Virus record (IMG/VR): IMGVR_UViG_3300025108_000016
Length of the DNA: 64,000 bases
From: a virus
Reading direction: 5' to 3' (one strand)
This document shows positions 55,430 to 64,000 of this stretch, one piece after another. Position numbers and translations under genes: made by a program. Positions within the stretch are counted from its first letter, which is position 1; every line of letters starts with the position of its first letter. The notes below the pieces were generated by a model that was not told the DNA's origin, searched no databases, and saw nothing but the letters and a program-made list of their open reading frames with translations.

Positions 55430-57079
55430 ATGGCATCCGATCAGATTTATCTTGGCAATCCGCTACTAAAAAAAGCAAACGTCAAGATTGACTTCACACC
55501 TGAACAGGTTAAAGAATTTATTAAGTGTAAGAACGATCCGATATATTTCACCAAGACTTATGTCCAGATCGTTTCACTTGATGAAGGTCTGGTGCCATTT
55601 AAAATGTGGGACTTCCAAGAAGAGTTGATTAGGAAGTTTCATAAAAGCAGATTCAACATTGCAAAACTACCAAGACAAACAGGTAAGTCTACTACTGTTG
55701 TGTCTTATCTTTTGCACTACCTAATTTTTAATGATAGTGTTAACGTAGGCATTCTAGCAAACAAAGCATCTACTGCGAGAGATCTTTTAGCAAGATTAGC
55801 TACAGCATATGAGAACCTACCTAAGTGGATTCAACAGGGTGTGGTAGTATGGAACAAAGGTAACATCGAGTTAGAAAATGGCAGTAAAATATTGGCAGCT
55901 TCTACATCTGCATCTGCTGTCCGAGGCATGTCGTTTAACATCATCTTTCTCGACGAGTTCGCTTTCGTCCCGAATCACATTGCTGACTCGTTCTTTGCCT
56001 CTGTTTATCCTACTATCACTTCTGGTAAATCAACGAAAGTAATTATCATCTCTACCCCACAGGGTATGAACCACTTCTATAAGATGTGGCAGGATGCTGT
56101 TAATGGTAGAAACGATTACACATATCATGAAGTCCACTGGTCGCAGGTTCCTGGAAGGGACGCCAAGTGGAAAGAAGAAACTATTAAGAACACATCTCAA
56201 CGTCAGTTCACACAAGAATTCGAGTGCGAGTTTCTGGGATCTGTTGATACGTTAATTTCTGCTTCTAAGTTGAAAGCATTAGCATTTGACGATCCTATTT
56301 CACAAAGTAAAGGACTTGACATATATGAGAAACCAAAGGACAAGTCTGAATACCTTCTTACTGTTGATGTTAGTAGGGGTATTGGTGGAGATTATAGTGC
56401 TTTTATTGTTTTTGACATTACAACAGTTCCCTACAGGGTAGTAGGAAAGTATAGAAATAATGAAATCAAACCCATGTTGTTCCCTAACGTTATTAATGAC
56501 GTTGCCAGAGCATATAATAATGCATGGGTTCTATGTGAAGTGAATGACGTTGGAGATTCGGTAGCATCTGTTCTTAACTATGATCTAGAATATCCAAACG
56601 TCCTTATGTGTGCTATGAGAGGACGTGCTGGTCAGATTGTTGGACAGGGATTCTCTGGTAACAAGACACAACTAGGTGTTAAGATGAGTGTTACTGTAAA
56701 GAAAGTTGGATGTGCTAACCTCAAACAGATTATTGAAGATGACAAACTCACTTTCAATGACTATGAAATTATTAATGAACTTACCACGTTCATTCAGAAG
56801 AAACAATCCTTTGAAGCTGATGAAGGATTCCATGATGACTTGGTAATGTGTATGGTTATCTTTGCGTGGTTAGTACAGCAAGATTATTTTAAAGAACTAA
56901 CAGACAATGATGTTCGTCAACGCATTTATCAAGAACAGAAAAATCAAATTGAACAGGACATGGCACCATTCGGATTTATTACAACAGGATTAGAAGGAGA
57001 TGAAGGATTCGTTACTGATGGTGCCGTGTGGTATGGTGATACACAAGAAGATGTTGGTTACATGTGGGATTACAGATAA
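55430..57079 (+). CDS. gp17: Terminase large subunit gp17
   Basis: YLGNP.LK, Walker A RQTGKST, Walker B IFLDEFAF, STPQG.NHFY, HDDLVM; ATAAATA at 55402-55408. Confidence 0.98.
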   Translation: MASDQIYLGNPLLKKANVKIDFTPEQVKEFIKCKNDPIYFTKTYVQIVSLDEGLVPFKMWDFQEELIRKFHKSRFNIAKLPRQTGKSTTVVSYLLHYLIFNDSVNVGILANKASTARDLLARLATAYENLPKWIQQGVVVWNKGNIELENGSKILAASTSASAVRGMSFNIIFLDEFAFVPNHIADSFFASVYPTITSGKSTKVIIISTPQGMNHFYKMWQDAVNGRNDYTYHEVHWSQVPGRDAKWKEETIKNTSQRQFTQEFECEFLGSVDTLISASKLKALAFDDPISQSKGLDIYEKPKDKSEYLLTVDVSRGIGGDYSAFIVFDITTVPYRVVGKYRNNEIKPMLFPNVINDVARAYNNAWVLCEVNDVGDSVASVLNYDLEYPNVLMCAMRGRAGQIVGQGFSGNKTQLGVKMSVTVKKVGCANLKQIIEDDKLTFNDYEIINELTTFIQKKQSFEADEGFHDDLVMCMVIFAWLVQQDYFKELTDNDVRQRIYQEQKNQIEQDMAPFGFITTGLEGDEGFVTDGAVWYGDTQEDVGYMWDYR

Positions 57080-57306
57080 TGAATTTAGATGATCAATTTA
57101 AACTTGAACATCTACTCCTGAAAGAAAGGAAATGTAGGACATGCAATAAAACTAAAAGTTTGTTAGATGATTACTATTTGATAAGGAGAGTAAGGGGAGA
57201 TCTTCCTTCATCATACTCATATGAATGTAAAAATTGCACGATAGATCGTGTACTGAAGACAAGACAAAAAGGTAGACCTGTAACAGATCTATATCCAGAC
57301 TGGTAG
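57079..57306 (+). CDS. Small zinc-finger protein
   Basis: CRTC...YSYECKNC, ends YPDW. Confidence 0.75.
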   Translation: MNLDDQFKLEHLLLKERKCRTCNKTKSLLDDYYLIRRVRGDLPSSYSYECKNCTIDRVLKTRQKGRPVTDLYPDW

Positions 57307-57391
57307 TGTGTTCATGCATTGTTTCCCCACTCAAGACATTCAAAAATCTAAATAGTTTTAGATTAAATTTGGACATACCAAGGAGAAAAAT

Positions 57392-59326
57392 ATGGCAAGT
57401 CAAGTCTCGCCTGGAGTAATGATCAAAGAGCGTGACCTTACCAATGCTGTTGTGACGGGTGTTCTGCAGATTCGTGCTGCTCACGCCTCATCTTTTACTA
57501 AGGGACCGATCGGTGATATCGTAAATATCAATTCACAAAAAGAACTAATTTCTGTATTCGGAACGCCAAACGAAGACAATTCAGAAGATTGGTTGGTTGC
57601 TAACGAGTTTCTGAACTATGGCGGTAGACTCGCTGTTGTTCGTGCTGCTAGCACTGGACTTCTAAACGCAACTACTGGCAGTGGTGTACTGATCGCCAAT
57701 GACTTGCAATGGCAAGCTGGTGCTGGCACCTCAGAAACTTTTGCTGCACGTACAGCAGGAGTACACGGAAACTCTTTGATGGGAGTTTTGGTTGACGCAG
57801 GTCCCGATTACATTTTGGATCTCGCAACTGCACCTGCTAATGTAACAATCGCTGTTGGTGATTCCCTAGCATTCAGTAACGGAACAACTGCTACAGTTGT
57901 AGCAGGAACACAAAATGCACTAGTTGTCAAGGCAAGCGCAGCATTGACATCCGCAGCAACACTAACTGATGGTGGAGCAACAGTTGCTCTGACATCTGTA
58001 AAAGACTGGTATCTAAACACCGAAGTTGGTTCTACTGGAGTCAGACTTAGTGACATCGGTCCTCGTCCTGTATCCACACAACATGCTTTGGATAATGGCA
58101 TTTCTGGTGATGCTCTACACTTTGCAGTTATTGATACCACTGGTGCAGTTACTGGTACTGCAAATACTATCGTAGAGAAGTTCACCTTCCTCAGTAAACT
58201 GACTGATGCTACTAGCGAAGAGAACGCTAACATCTATTATAAGTCAGTTATCAACAGCATCTCAACTCAGTTGTTCCATGGAACATCGGTTTCCACAAAT
58301 GCTAACATGACTGGCGAAGCGTGGGATCAAGCAACTGCTTCAGTATCTGGAGCAATGGCAAGAGTAGGTGCTGAATCTGGTCAACTACAAAATGGTGCTG
58401 ATGGCAGTGGTTATACCTCTGGTCAGTTTGCAGCTGCAATGGATCTCTTCGTTGACACAGAAGAAACTGATATCGACTTCGTTCTCATGGGTGGATCCAT
58501 GTCAACTAAGAGCGATACTCAAGCAAAAGCAACAAAAGTAATTGCAATTGCTGCAGGAAGAAAAGATTGCATCGCATTTGTTTCTCCTTTCAAAGGAGAC
58601 CAAATTGCAAGCACTGGTGGTAATTCACTAACATCAATTCAGCAGAAAGAAAATACTCTGGACTTCTTCAGTGGTTTGACTTCTACTTCTTATGCTGTAT
58701 TTGATAGCGGTTACAAGTATGTCTATGATCGTTTCAGCGACAAGTATCGTTACATCCCTTGCAATGGAGACACTGCAGGTCTATGTGTAGCTACTTCTAA
58801 CGTACAAGAAGACTGGTACTCACCTGCTGGTTTGAATCGTGGTGGCATTCTTAACGCTGTTAAACTTGCTTACAACCCTAACAAGGCAGACAGAGACGAG
58901 TTGTATCAGAATCGCATCAACCCAATCACATCACTCAAAGGACAAGGTATTACTTTGTTCGGTGACAAGACTGCACTCTCAGCACCTTCTGCATTCGATC
59001 GTATCAACGTTCGCCGTCTCTTCCTCAATCTTGAGAAGAGAGCTCGCAGACTTGCTGAAGGAGTATTGTTCGAGCAGAACGATGCCACCACAAGAGCAGG
59101 TTTCGCTAGTGCATTAAACTCCTACCTAGCAGAAGTTCAGGCACGTAGAGGTGTTACCGATTTCCTAGTTGTTTGTGATGAGTCAAACAATACTGCTGAC
59201 GTTATCGATCGTAACGAATTTGTTGCTGAAATTTATGTAAAACCAACTCGTTCTATCAACTTCATCACAGTCACATTTACTGCAACGAAGACTGGAGTTT
59301 CCTTCAGTGAAGTTGTAGGTCGCTGA
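57392..59326 (+). CDS. gp18: Tail sheath protein gp18
   Basis: SPGV..KE.DLT, WYSPAG.NRG, LFGDKT, FDRINVRRLF; CTAAATA at 57348-57354. Confidence 0.98.
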   Translation: MASQVSPGVMIKERDLTNAVVTGVLQIRAAHASSFTKGPIGDIVNINSQKELISVFGTPNEDNSEDWLVANEFLNYGGRLAVVRAASTGLLNATTGSGVLIANDLQWQAGAGTSETFAARTAGVHGNSLMGVLVDAGPDYILDLATAPANVTIAVGDSLAFSNGTTATVVAGTQNALVVKASAALTSAATLTDGGATVALTSVKDWYLNTEVGSTGVRLSDIGPRPVSTQHALDNGISGDALHFAVIDTTGAVTGTANTIVEKFTFLSKLTDATSEENANIYYKSVINSISTQLFHGTSVSTNANMTGEAWDQATASVSGAMARVGAESGQLQNGADGSGYTSGQFAAAMDLFVDTEETDIDFVLMGGSMSTKSDTQAKATKVIAIAAGRKDCIAFVSPFKGDQIASTGGNSLTSIQQKENTLDFFSGLTSTSYAVFDSGYKYVYDRFSDKYRYIPCNGDTAGLCVATSNVQEDWYSPAGLNRGGILNAVKLAYNPNKADRDELYQNRINPITSLKGQGITLFGDKTALSAPSAFDRINVRRLFLNLEKRARRLAEGVLFEQNDATTRAGFASALNSYLAEVQARRGVTDFLVVCDESNNTADVIDRNEFVAEIYVKPTRSINFITVTFTATKTGVSFSEVVGR

Positions 59327-59373
59327 TATAAAGTTCCATATACATAACAATCAATAGAGGTTAAAAGAAACAA

Positions 59374-59991
59374 ATGGCAACTAAGTTAAGCAATTTTATC
59401 ACTGACATTGGACAAGGCGTTAAGCCTAATATGTTCATTGTTGATATCGCATTCCCTGGAGAAGTCTCTGGGGCAGATGGCGATGCTGACATGATTAACT
59501 TGCTCTGCAAATCAGCAGCACTTCCTGCATCCAACTTGGGTGTAATCGAAGTTCCTTTCCGTGGCAGAACAGTTAAGATCGCAGGTGACCGCACCTTCGA
59601 CACATGGACCGCAACCTTTGTCAATGACAAAGAAATGAAGATTCGTTCATACTTCGAGCAATGGTTGGCAACAATCAACTCACACGAATCTAACAACGCT
59701 CCACTCTTCACACCTGGTATGACCGATGGTGGTTATTCCAGAATGCTTAAAGTTAAGCAACTTGAAAAGAATGCATCCGAGTCTGGCGAAATCCTTCGTC
59801 AGTATGATCTCCACTATGCATTCCCAACCAATGTTTCCCAGATTGATCTTGCTTATGACAGCAATGATCAGATCGAAGAGTTCACAGTTGAGTTCCAGTA
59901 TTCTTACTGGAAAGCAGTTGCTGGCGAAACTCAGAACGGAGCATCTGGTAACAAGGATGGAGTTGGCGATCAGCGCCTAGTTCAAGGTTGA
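59374..59991 (+). CDS. gp19: Tail tube protein gp19
   Basis: LCK.A.LP...LG.IEVPFRGR.VKIAGDRTF..W, IEEFTVEFQY. Confidence 0.97.
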   Translation: MATKLSNFITDIGQGVKPNMFIVDIAFPGEVSGADGDADMINLLCKSAALPASNLGVIEVPFRGRTVKIAGDRTFDTWTATFVNDKEMKIRSYFEQWLATINSHESNNAPLFTPGMTDGGYSRMLKVKQLEKNASESGEILRQYDLHYAFPTNVSQIDLAYDSNDQIEEFTVEFQYSYWKAVAGETQNGASGNKDGVGDQRLVQG

Positions 59992-60025
59992 TAAATAGAT
60001 ATAGCAATAGATCTGTTTTCATCTG

Positions 60026-61705
60026 ATGAGTCAACTATTTGGTTTTATTATTAATAAGAAGGAGGGTCAGCAAGGTCAGTCCCCTGTCCCTCCTAACAAT
60101 GAAGCAAACGTCAGCACTGTTGCTGGTGGATATTTTGGTACGTATGTTGATCAGTCTGGTGGTCAAAATTCAAGAAACGAATTTGAACTCATTCGCAGAT
60201 ATCGCGACATGTCCCTTCACCCAGAAGTGGATACTGCCGTCGATGAAATTGTGAATGAGTTTGTCGTTAATGATAGTGATGATAAACCCGTAGAGGTTGA
60301 TCTACAAAATTTACAAGTTGGTGCTGGAGTAAAGAAAAAAATTCGTGACGAGTTTAATCATATTTTGCGTATGATGGACTTCAACACAAACGCACACGAA
60401 ATTATTCGTAATTGGTATGTTGATGGTAAGTGTCATTACCACAAAGTTATTGACCTAGACAAACCTAGAAAGGGGATCTTGGAGTTACGCTACATGGACT
60501 CCTTGAAAGTAAGAAAGGTCAGACAGAAATTAAAAGGAACCGATCAGAACAGAACAGAACAAGAGAAAGGTTCTGCTTTGCAGTATGACTACGGCGACTA
60601 CATTGAATTTTATTTGTACAACCCCAAAGGGTTTGCTGGTTCAGCTCCTTCTGTTACTGGAGCAATGGATTGGACCAACCAAGAAGGTATTAAAATTGCT
60701 GCTGATGCTATCGCGCAATCTACCTCTGGGTTAATGGATCTCAATAAAAAAATGTCATTGAGTTTCCTACACAAAGCGATCAAGTCTCTCAATCAACTAC
60801 GAATGATTGAAGACTCTCTTGTTATCTACAGACTATCACGCGCACCAGAACGTAGAATCTTTTACATTGACGTTGGCAATCTTCCCAAGGTAAAAGCAGA
60901 GCAGTATCTACGTGATGTCATGGCACGTTATCGTAACAAACTTGTGTACGATGGACAGACTGGTGAGATCCGTGATGATAAAAAGCATATGAGTATGCTA
61001 GAAGATTTTTGGTTGCCTCGTAGAGAGGGTGGACGTGGAACTGAGATCACTACTCTTCCTGGCGGACAAAATCTTGGCGAACTCAAAGATGTTGAGTATT
61101 TTAAAAAGAAACTCTACAACTCTCTCAATCTCCCTCCTTCTCGTCTTACTGACGACAATAAAGCTTTTAATCTTGGTAAGTCTACTGAGATTTTGCGTGA
61201 TGAACTAAAATTTACTAAGTTTATTGGTCGTCTCCGCAAGCGTTTTGCTCAGTTGTTTCATGATATTCTTAAGACTCAACTAATCCTTAAGGGTATTATT
61301 ACCCCTGAGGATTGGGATGATATGGAAGAGCATATTCAATATGACTTCCTGTTTGATAACCATTTCAATGAACTGAAAGAACAAGAGATGATGATGCAAC
61401 GCATCACTCTTGCCACTCAGATGGATCCTTTTGTTGGAAAATATTTCTCCACGGAATACATCCGTCGTAAAATTCTTATGCAAACTGAGAATGAATATAA
61501 GGAAATTGATAAGCAAATGAAGGTTGATATTGACACAGGACTCGCTATCGATCCTGTTCAAGTCAACATGCTTTCAGACTTGGAGCAACAGAACAAAGCG
61601 TTTGAACCAGAGTTGCAATCTGCGGAAGCTGATGCTGCAACAGAAAGAGAAATGAAGAAGTTAGCAGCTGCTCCAAAACCTTCCGCATCTAAAAGTGATA
61701 AATAA
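60026..61705 (+). CDS. gp20: Portal protein gp20
   Basis: IYRLSRAPERRIFYIDVGNLP, EDFWLPRREGGRGTEI; ATAAATA at 59991-59997. Confidence 0.98.
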   Translation: MSQLFGFIINKKEGQQGQSPVPPNNEANVSTVAGGYFGTYVDQSGGQNSRNEFELIRRYRDMSLHPEVDTAVDEIVNEFVVNDSDDKPVEVDLQNLQVGAGVKKKIRDEFNHILRMMDFNTNAHEIIRNWYVDGKCHYHKVIDLDKPRKGILELRYMDSLKVRKVRQKLKGTDQNRTEQEKGSALQYDYGDYIEFYLYNPKGFAGSAPSVTGAMDWTNQEGIKIAADAIAQSTSGLMDLNKKMSLSFLHKAIKSLNQLRMIEDSLVIYRLSRAPERRIFYIDVGNLPKVKAEQYLRDVMARYRNKLVYDGQTGEIRDDKKHMSMLEDFWLPRREGGRGTEITTLPGGQNLGELKDVEYFKKKLYNSLNLPPSRLTDDNKAFNLGKSTEILRDELKFTKFIGRLRKRFAQLFHDILKTQLILKGIITPEDWDDMEEHIQYDFLFDNHFNELKEQEMMMQRITLATQMDPFVGKYFSTEYIRRKILMQTENEYKEIDKQMKVDIDTGLAIDPVQVNMLSDLEQQNKAFEPELQSAEADAATEREMKKLAAAPKPSASKSDK

Positions 61706-61725
61706 TTAGACTTCAACACATTAAT

Positions 61726-61911
61726 ATGAGTGATCAACCACTAGAGTCTGAAGTATTGGACATCGTAAATTTAATTGGAGATAAGAAAAGAGCAAATGCT
61801 CTAGACAAAATCTCCGATATTTTGTACGCGAAAGCGTCACAAAACATGGACGACTATAAAAAAGTTGTCGCAAACACTTTCTTTGACGAACCATCACCAG
61901 AAGAAGAATGA
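61726..61911 (+). CDS. Small prohead-core-region protein
   Basis: 61 aa between portal and protease; ATAAATA at 61698-61704. Confidence 0.7.
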   Translation: MSDQPLESEVLDIVNLIGDKKRANALDKISDILYAKASQNMDDYKKVVANTFFDEPSPEEE

Positions 61912-62552
61912 GACTAATAACAGAAAACATCGAAGATATCCAGATTCTCACTGAGGAGCAGGATGGTAAGCAACACCTATATATCGAAGGTGTTTTCTTG
62001 CAGTCTGAAATCAAGAATCGCAACGGACGCATTTATCCTTTCTCTGTACTAGAGAAAGAAGTAGGTCGTTACAATGAAGAGTACGTAACAAAGGGACGTG
62101 CGCTTGGCGAACTTGGTCACCCTGATGGTCCTACTGTAAACCTTGATCGTGTTTCTCATAGAATCACATCATTGAAAGCAGAGGGTAAAAACTTCATGGG
62201 CAAGGCAAGAATCCTTGAGACACCCATGGGTAACATCGCCAAATCCTTGCTTGGTGAAGGAGTCAAGTTGGGTGTGTCATCTAGAGGCATGGGAAGTATT
62301 GACCGACAGGAAAGTGCTTCTTATGTTATGGATGATTTTATGCTTGCTACAGCGGCAGATATCGTTGCTGATCCTTCCGCGCCTGATGCATTTGTCAATG
62401 GCATCATGGAAGGTAAGGAGTGGGTATGGGATAATGGACTTCTTAAAGAGAAACATATTGCTGAAATGAAAGCAGAAATTGATAACTCTTCTCGTTTCGA
62501 GTTGGAAGAAAAAACCCTCCAAGCATTTAAGCGTTTAATTTCCGCGCTCTAA
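61908..62552 (+). CDS. gp21: Prohead core protease gp21
   Basis: NRNGRIY, ALGELGHP, GVSSRGMGS, DIVADPSAPDA. Confidence 0.97.
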   Translation: MRLITENIEDIQILTEEQDGKQHLYIEGVFLQSEIKNRNGRIYPFSVLEKEVGRYNEEYVTKGRALGELGHPDGPTVNLDRVSHRITSLKAEGKNFMGKARILETPMGNIAKSLLGEGVKLGVSSRGMGSIDRQESASYVMDDFMLATAADIVADPSAPDAFVNGIMEGKEWVWDNGLLKEKHIAEMKAEIDNSSRFELEEKTLQAFKRLISAL

Positions 62553-62611
62553 TTTCAGAAATTCCTAAATAAACTATAGATTAAATCAACAACGAACACG
62601 GGGAAACTCAA

Positions 62612-63796
62612 ATGTCAGATATGCTTAAAGAAAAATTTGAGGAGTTTGCCAGTGAGCACGCCGCTGTCCTCGCTGAGGCGGGTCAAGACCCAATGCCTAC
62701 AGTGACTGCCGCTGTGCTCCCTGGTGATTCTGCTGCTACTGGACAATCCCAAACTGCTGTAAATGCTAAAGCAGCATCAGGCGAAAGTGCAACTGGACAT
62801 GCTGCACCAATCCAACCTGGCGTTGCCATTGGACAAGCAGCACCACAAGAAGTTAATAGTGTAACCACAACTCCTCATGAGCATGATGAGGATGGCGATG
62901 AGAATCCTGGTGCTAAGGCAGCAGCTCCTATCGGTGGTGGTATTTCTGGCGAACCCAATCGTGGCGCTAGCAACACCGATCTTCCTAATGGAACTGCTCC
63001 TTCATTCGGTGCAGAAATTGCTTACGGAACCAAGATGGGTGGCAGTGTAACCTATCCAATCAAACCTAAGTTTGAATCTGTAGACATGAGTGCAGACGTT
63101 GCTGCTCTAACTGAGGGCACCGAACTCACCGAAGATTTTGCTGCTAAAGCAAAAACAATCTTTGAAGCTGCTGTAACTTCTCGTCTTAACGAAGAGTGGG
63201 CGAAACTAGAAGAAGGTTTTGCAGCACAAGTTAACGAAGCAATTGAAGTTTCTAAAAAGGAACTCGCTGAAGAAGTTAACGGCACTATGAACTATGCGGT
63301 CACCAAGTGGCTTGAAGAAAATCAAGTCTCTGTTGATCGTGGCATCAGAAATGAGATTACTGAAGACTTCATCGTTGGTCTGAAGAATCTCTTTGAAGAG
63401 CATTATATCGCAGTACCTGACGAGAAAGTAGATGTTCTCGAAGGTCTGTCTGAAGATCTTTGTAAAATGGAAGCGCGTCTTGACGAACAGGTTAAGCGCA
63501 ATATTGAACTTCAAAATCGTCTTAATGAGTCTGCTAAGACCGTAATTGTTAGCGCAATTGCTGAAGGTCTTGCCGACACTCAGAAAGAAAAATTGGCATC
63601 TCTTGCTGATGGTGTAGAGTTTACAACCGAGGAGGAATTCTCCAAGAAACTCACCACTATCAAGGAGTCCTATTTCACTAAGGATTCTGTCATTAAGGCA
63701 GAAGTTGCTGATGAAACCCCAGTAGAAGGTAGCGCAGATGATGTTTCGCCTGCAATGGCGCAATACATTAACGCTATGAACCGCTGGAATCAGTGA
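62612..63796 (+). CDS. gp22: Prohead core scaffold gp22
   Basis: LTEDF..KA.TIFEAAV, W.EEN......GI..EI.E.F..GLK.LF.EHYI; CTAAATA at 62565-62571. Confidence 0.95.
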   Translation: MSDMLKEKFEEFASEHAAVLAEAGQDPMPTVTAAVLPGDSAATGQSQTAVNAKAASGESATGHAAPIQPGVAIGQAAPQEVNSVTTTPHEHDEDGDENPGAKAAAPIGGGISGEPNRGASNTDLPNGTAPSFGAEIAYGTKMGGSVTYPIKPKFESVDMSADVAALTEGTELTEDFAAKAKTIFEAAVTSRLNEEWAKLEEGFAAQVNEAIEVSKKELAEEVNGTMNYAVTKWLEENQVSVDRGIRNEITEDFIVGLKNLFEEHYIAVPDEKVDVLEGLSEDLCKMEARLDEQVKRNIELQNRLNESAKTVIVSAIAEGLADTQKEKLASLADGVEFTTEEEFSKKLTTIKESYFTKDSVIKAEVADETPVEGSADDVSPAMAQYINAMNRWNQ

Positions 63797-63846
63797 TTCA
63801 CTAAATAATTCTATCCACAATTCTCAATAAAAATTTCGGAGACACA

Positions 63847-64000
63847 ATGTTTAACGCAGAACATCTCCAGGAGAAGTGGTCACCTGTTCTCAACAACGAA
63901 GCAGCAAGTCCTATTGCTGATCGTTACAAGAAAGCAGTGACCTCGGTCCTTCTGGAAAATCAAGAACGCTTCCTACGCGAAGAGCGTGGAATGCTTAACG
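63847..64000 (+). CDS. gp23: Major capsid protein gp23 (N-terminus only; truncated by the window)
   Basis: MFNAEHLQEKWSPVL...KKAVTSVLLENQE; CTAAATA at 63801-63807. Confidence 0.95.
   Translation, partial: MFNAEHLQEKWSPVLNNEAASPIADRYKKAVTSVLLENQERFLREERGMLN

Noticed and set aside
55430-57079. Intein or intron in the terminase, or in other core genes such as portal or sheath
   Set aside because: Lengths are normal and the motifs are continuous. I saw no splicing or homing-endonuclease signatures.
54070-57392. Large auxiliary-gene island between gp15 and gp18, as in many cyanomyoviruses
   Set aside because: Only a few small conserved ORFs are present here; the variable cargo lies upstream of gp13 instead.
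7223-63820. Many 60-200 aa minus-strand and alternate-frame ORFs in the track (e.g. 26246-26761, 32078-32587, 50281-50910, 63206-63820)
   Set aside because: They overlap well-supported + strand genes and have no motifs. They are the shadow ORFs expected from biased codon usage.
1-64000. tRNA/rRNA genes or alternative genetic code
   Set aside because: I noticed no cloverleaf or T-loop signatures in the few intergenic gaps. Core genes are intact under the standard code and use all three stop codons.

Overview
This window is 64 kb of a T4-like marine cyanomyovirus (Kyanoviridae-type) genome. All credible genes are on the + strand. Positions 1-4670 are an early/accessory region of short hypothetical genes. 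Most have their own sigma70-like promoter, seven promoters carry a repeated two-block palindromic motif, and four genes appear to be leaderless. The region also holds a candidate replication origin (CCTGTGGAAAA repeats plus an AT-rich tract), a KTSC-like gene and a HicA-like gene, and ends at an intrinsic terminator. From about 4730 onward is the late virion module, punctuated by T4-type late promoters ((A/C)TAAATA). It runs PAAR, gp25, gp6, giant gp7, gp8, a VrlC/DUF4815-like protein, two large fibre proteins, an enzyme cassette, gp13-gp22 and the start of gp23. There are two main observations. (1) The 3340-aa tail fibre contains two helical repeats that align by eye with the globin core of phycobiliproteins and keep cysteines equivalent to both bilin-attachment sites (Cys84 in K-C-x-R-D and beta-Cys155). 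This suggests a possibly chromophorylated, light-responsive fibre and a possible substrate for viral CpeT lyases. (2) Directly after the fibre is a late-promoter-driven cassette of two glycine-rich adhesin-like genes bracketing four 2OG-Fe(II) oxygenases and a flavin-dependent halogenase, a candidate system for chemically modifying virion proteins. All homology calls are from motif recognition without database searches.
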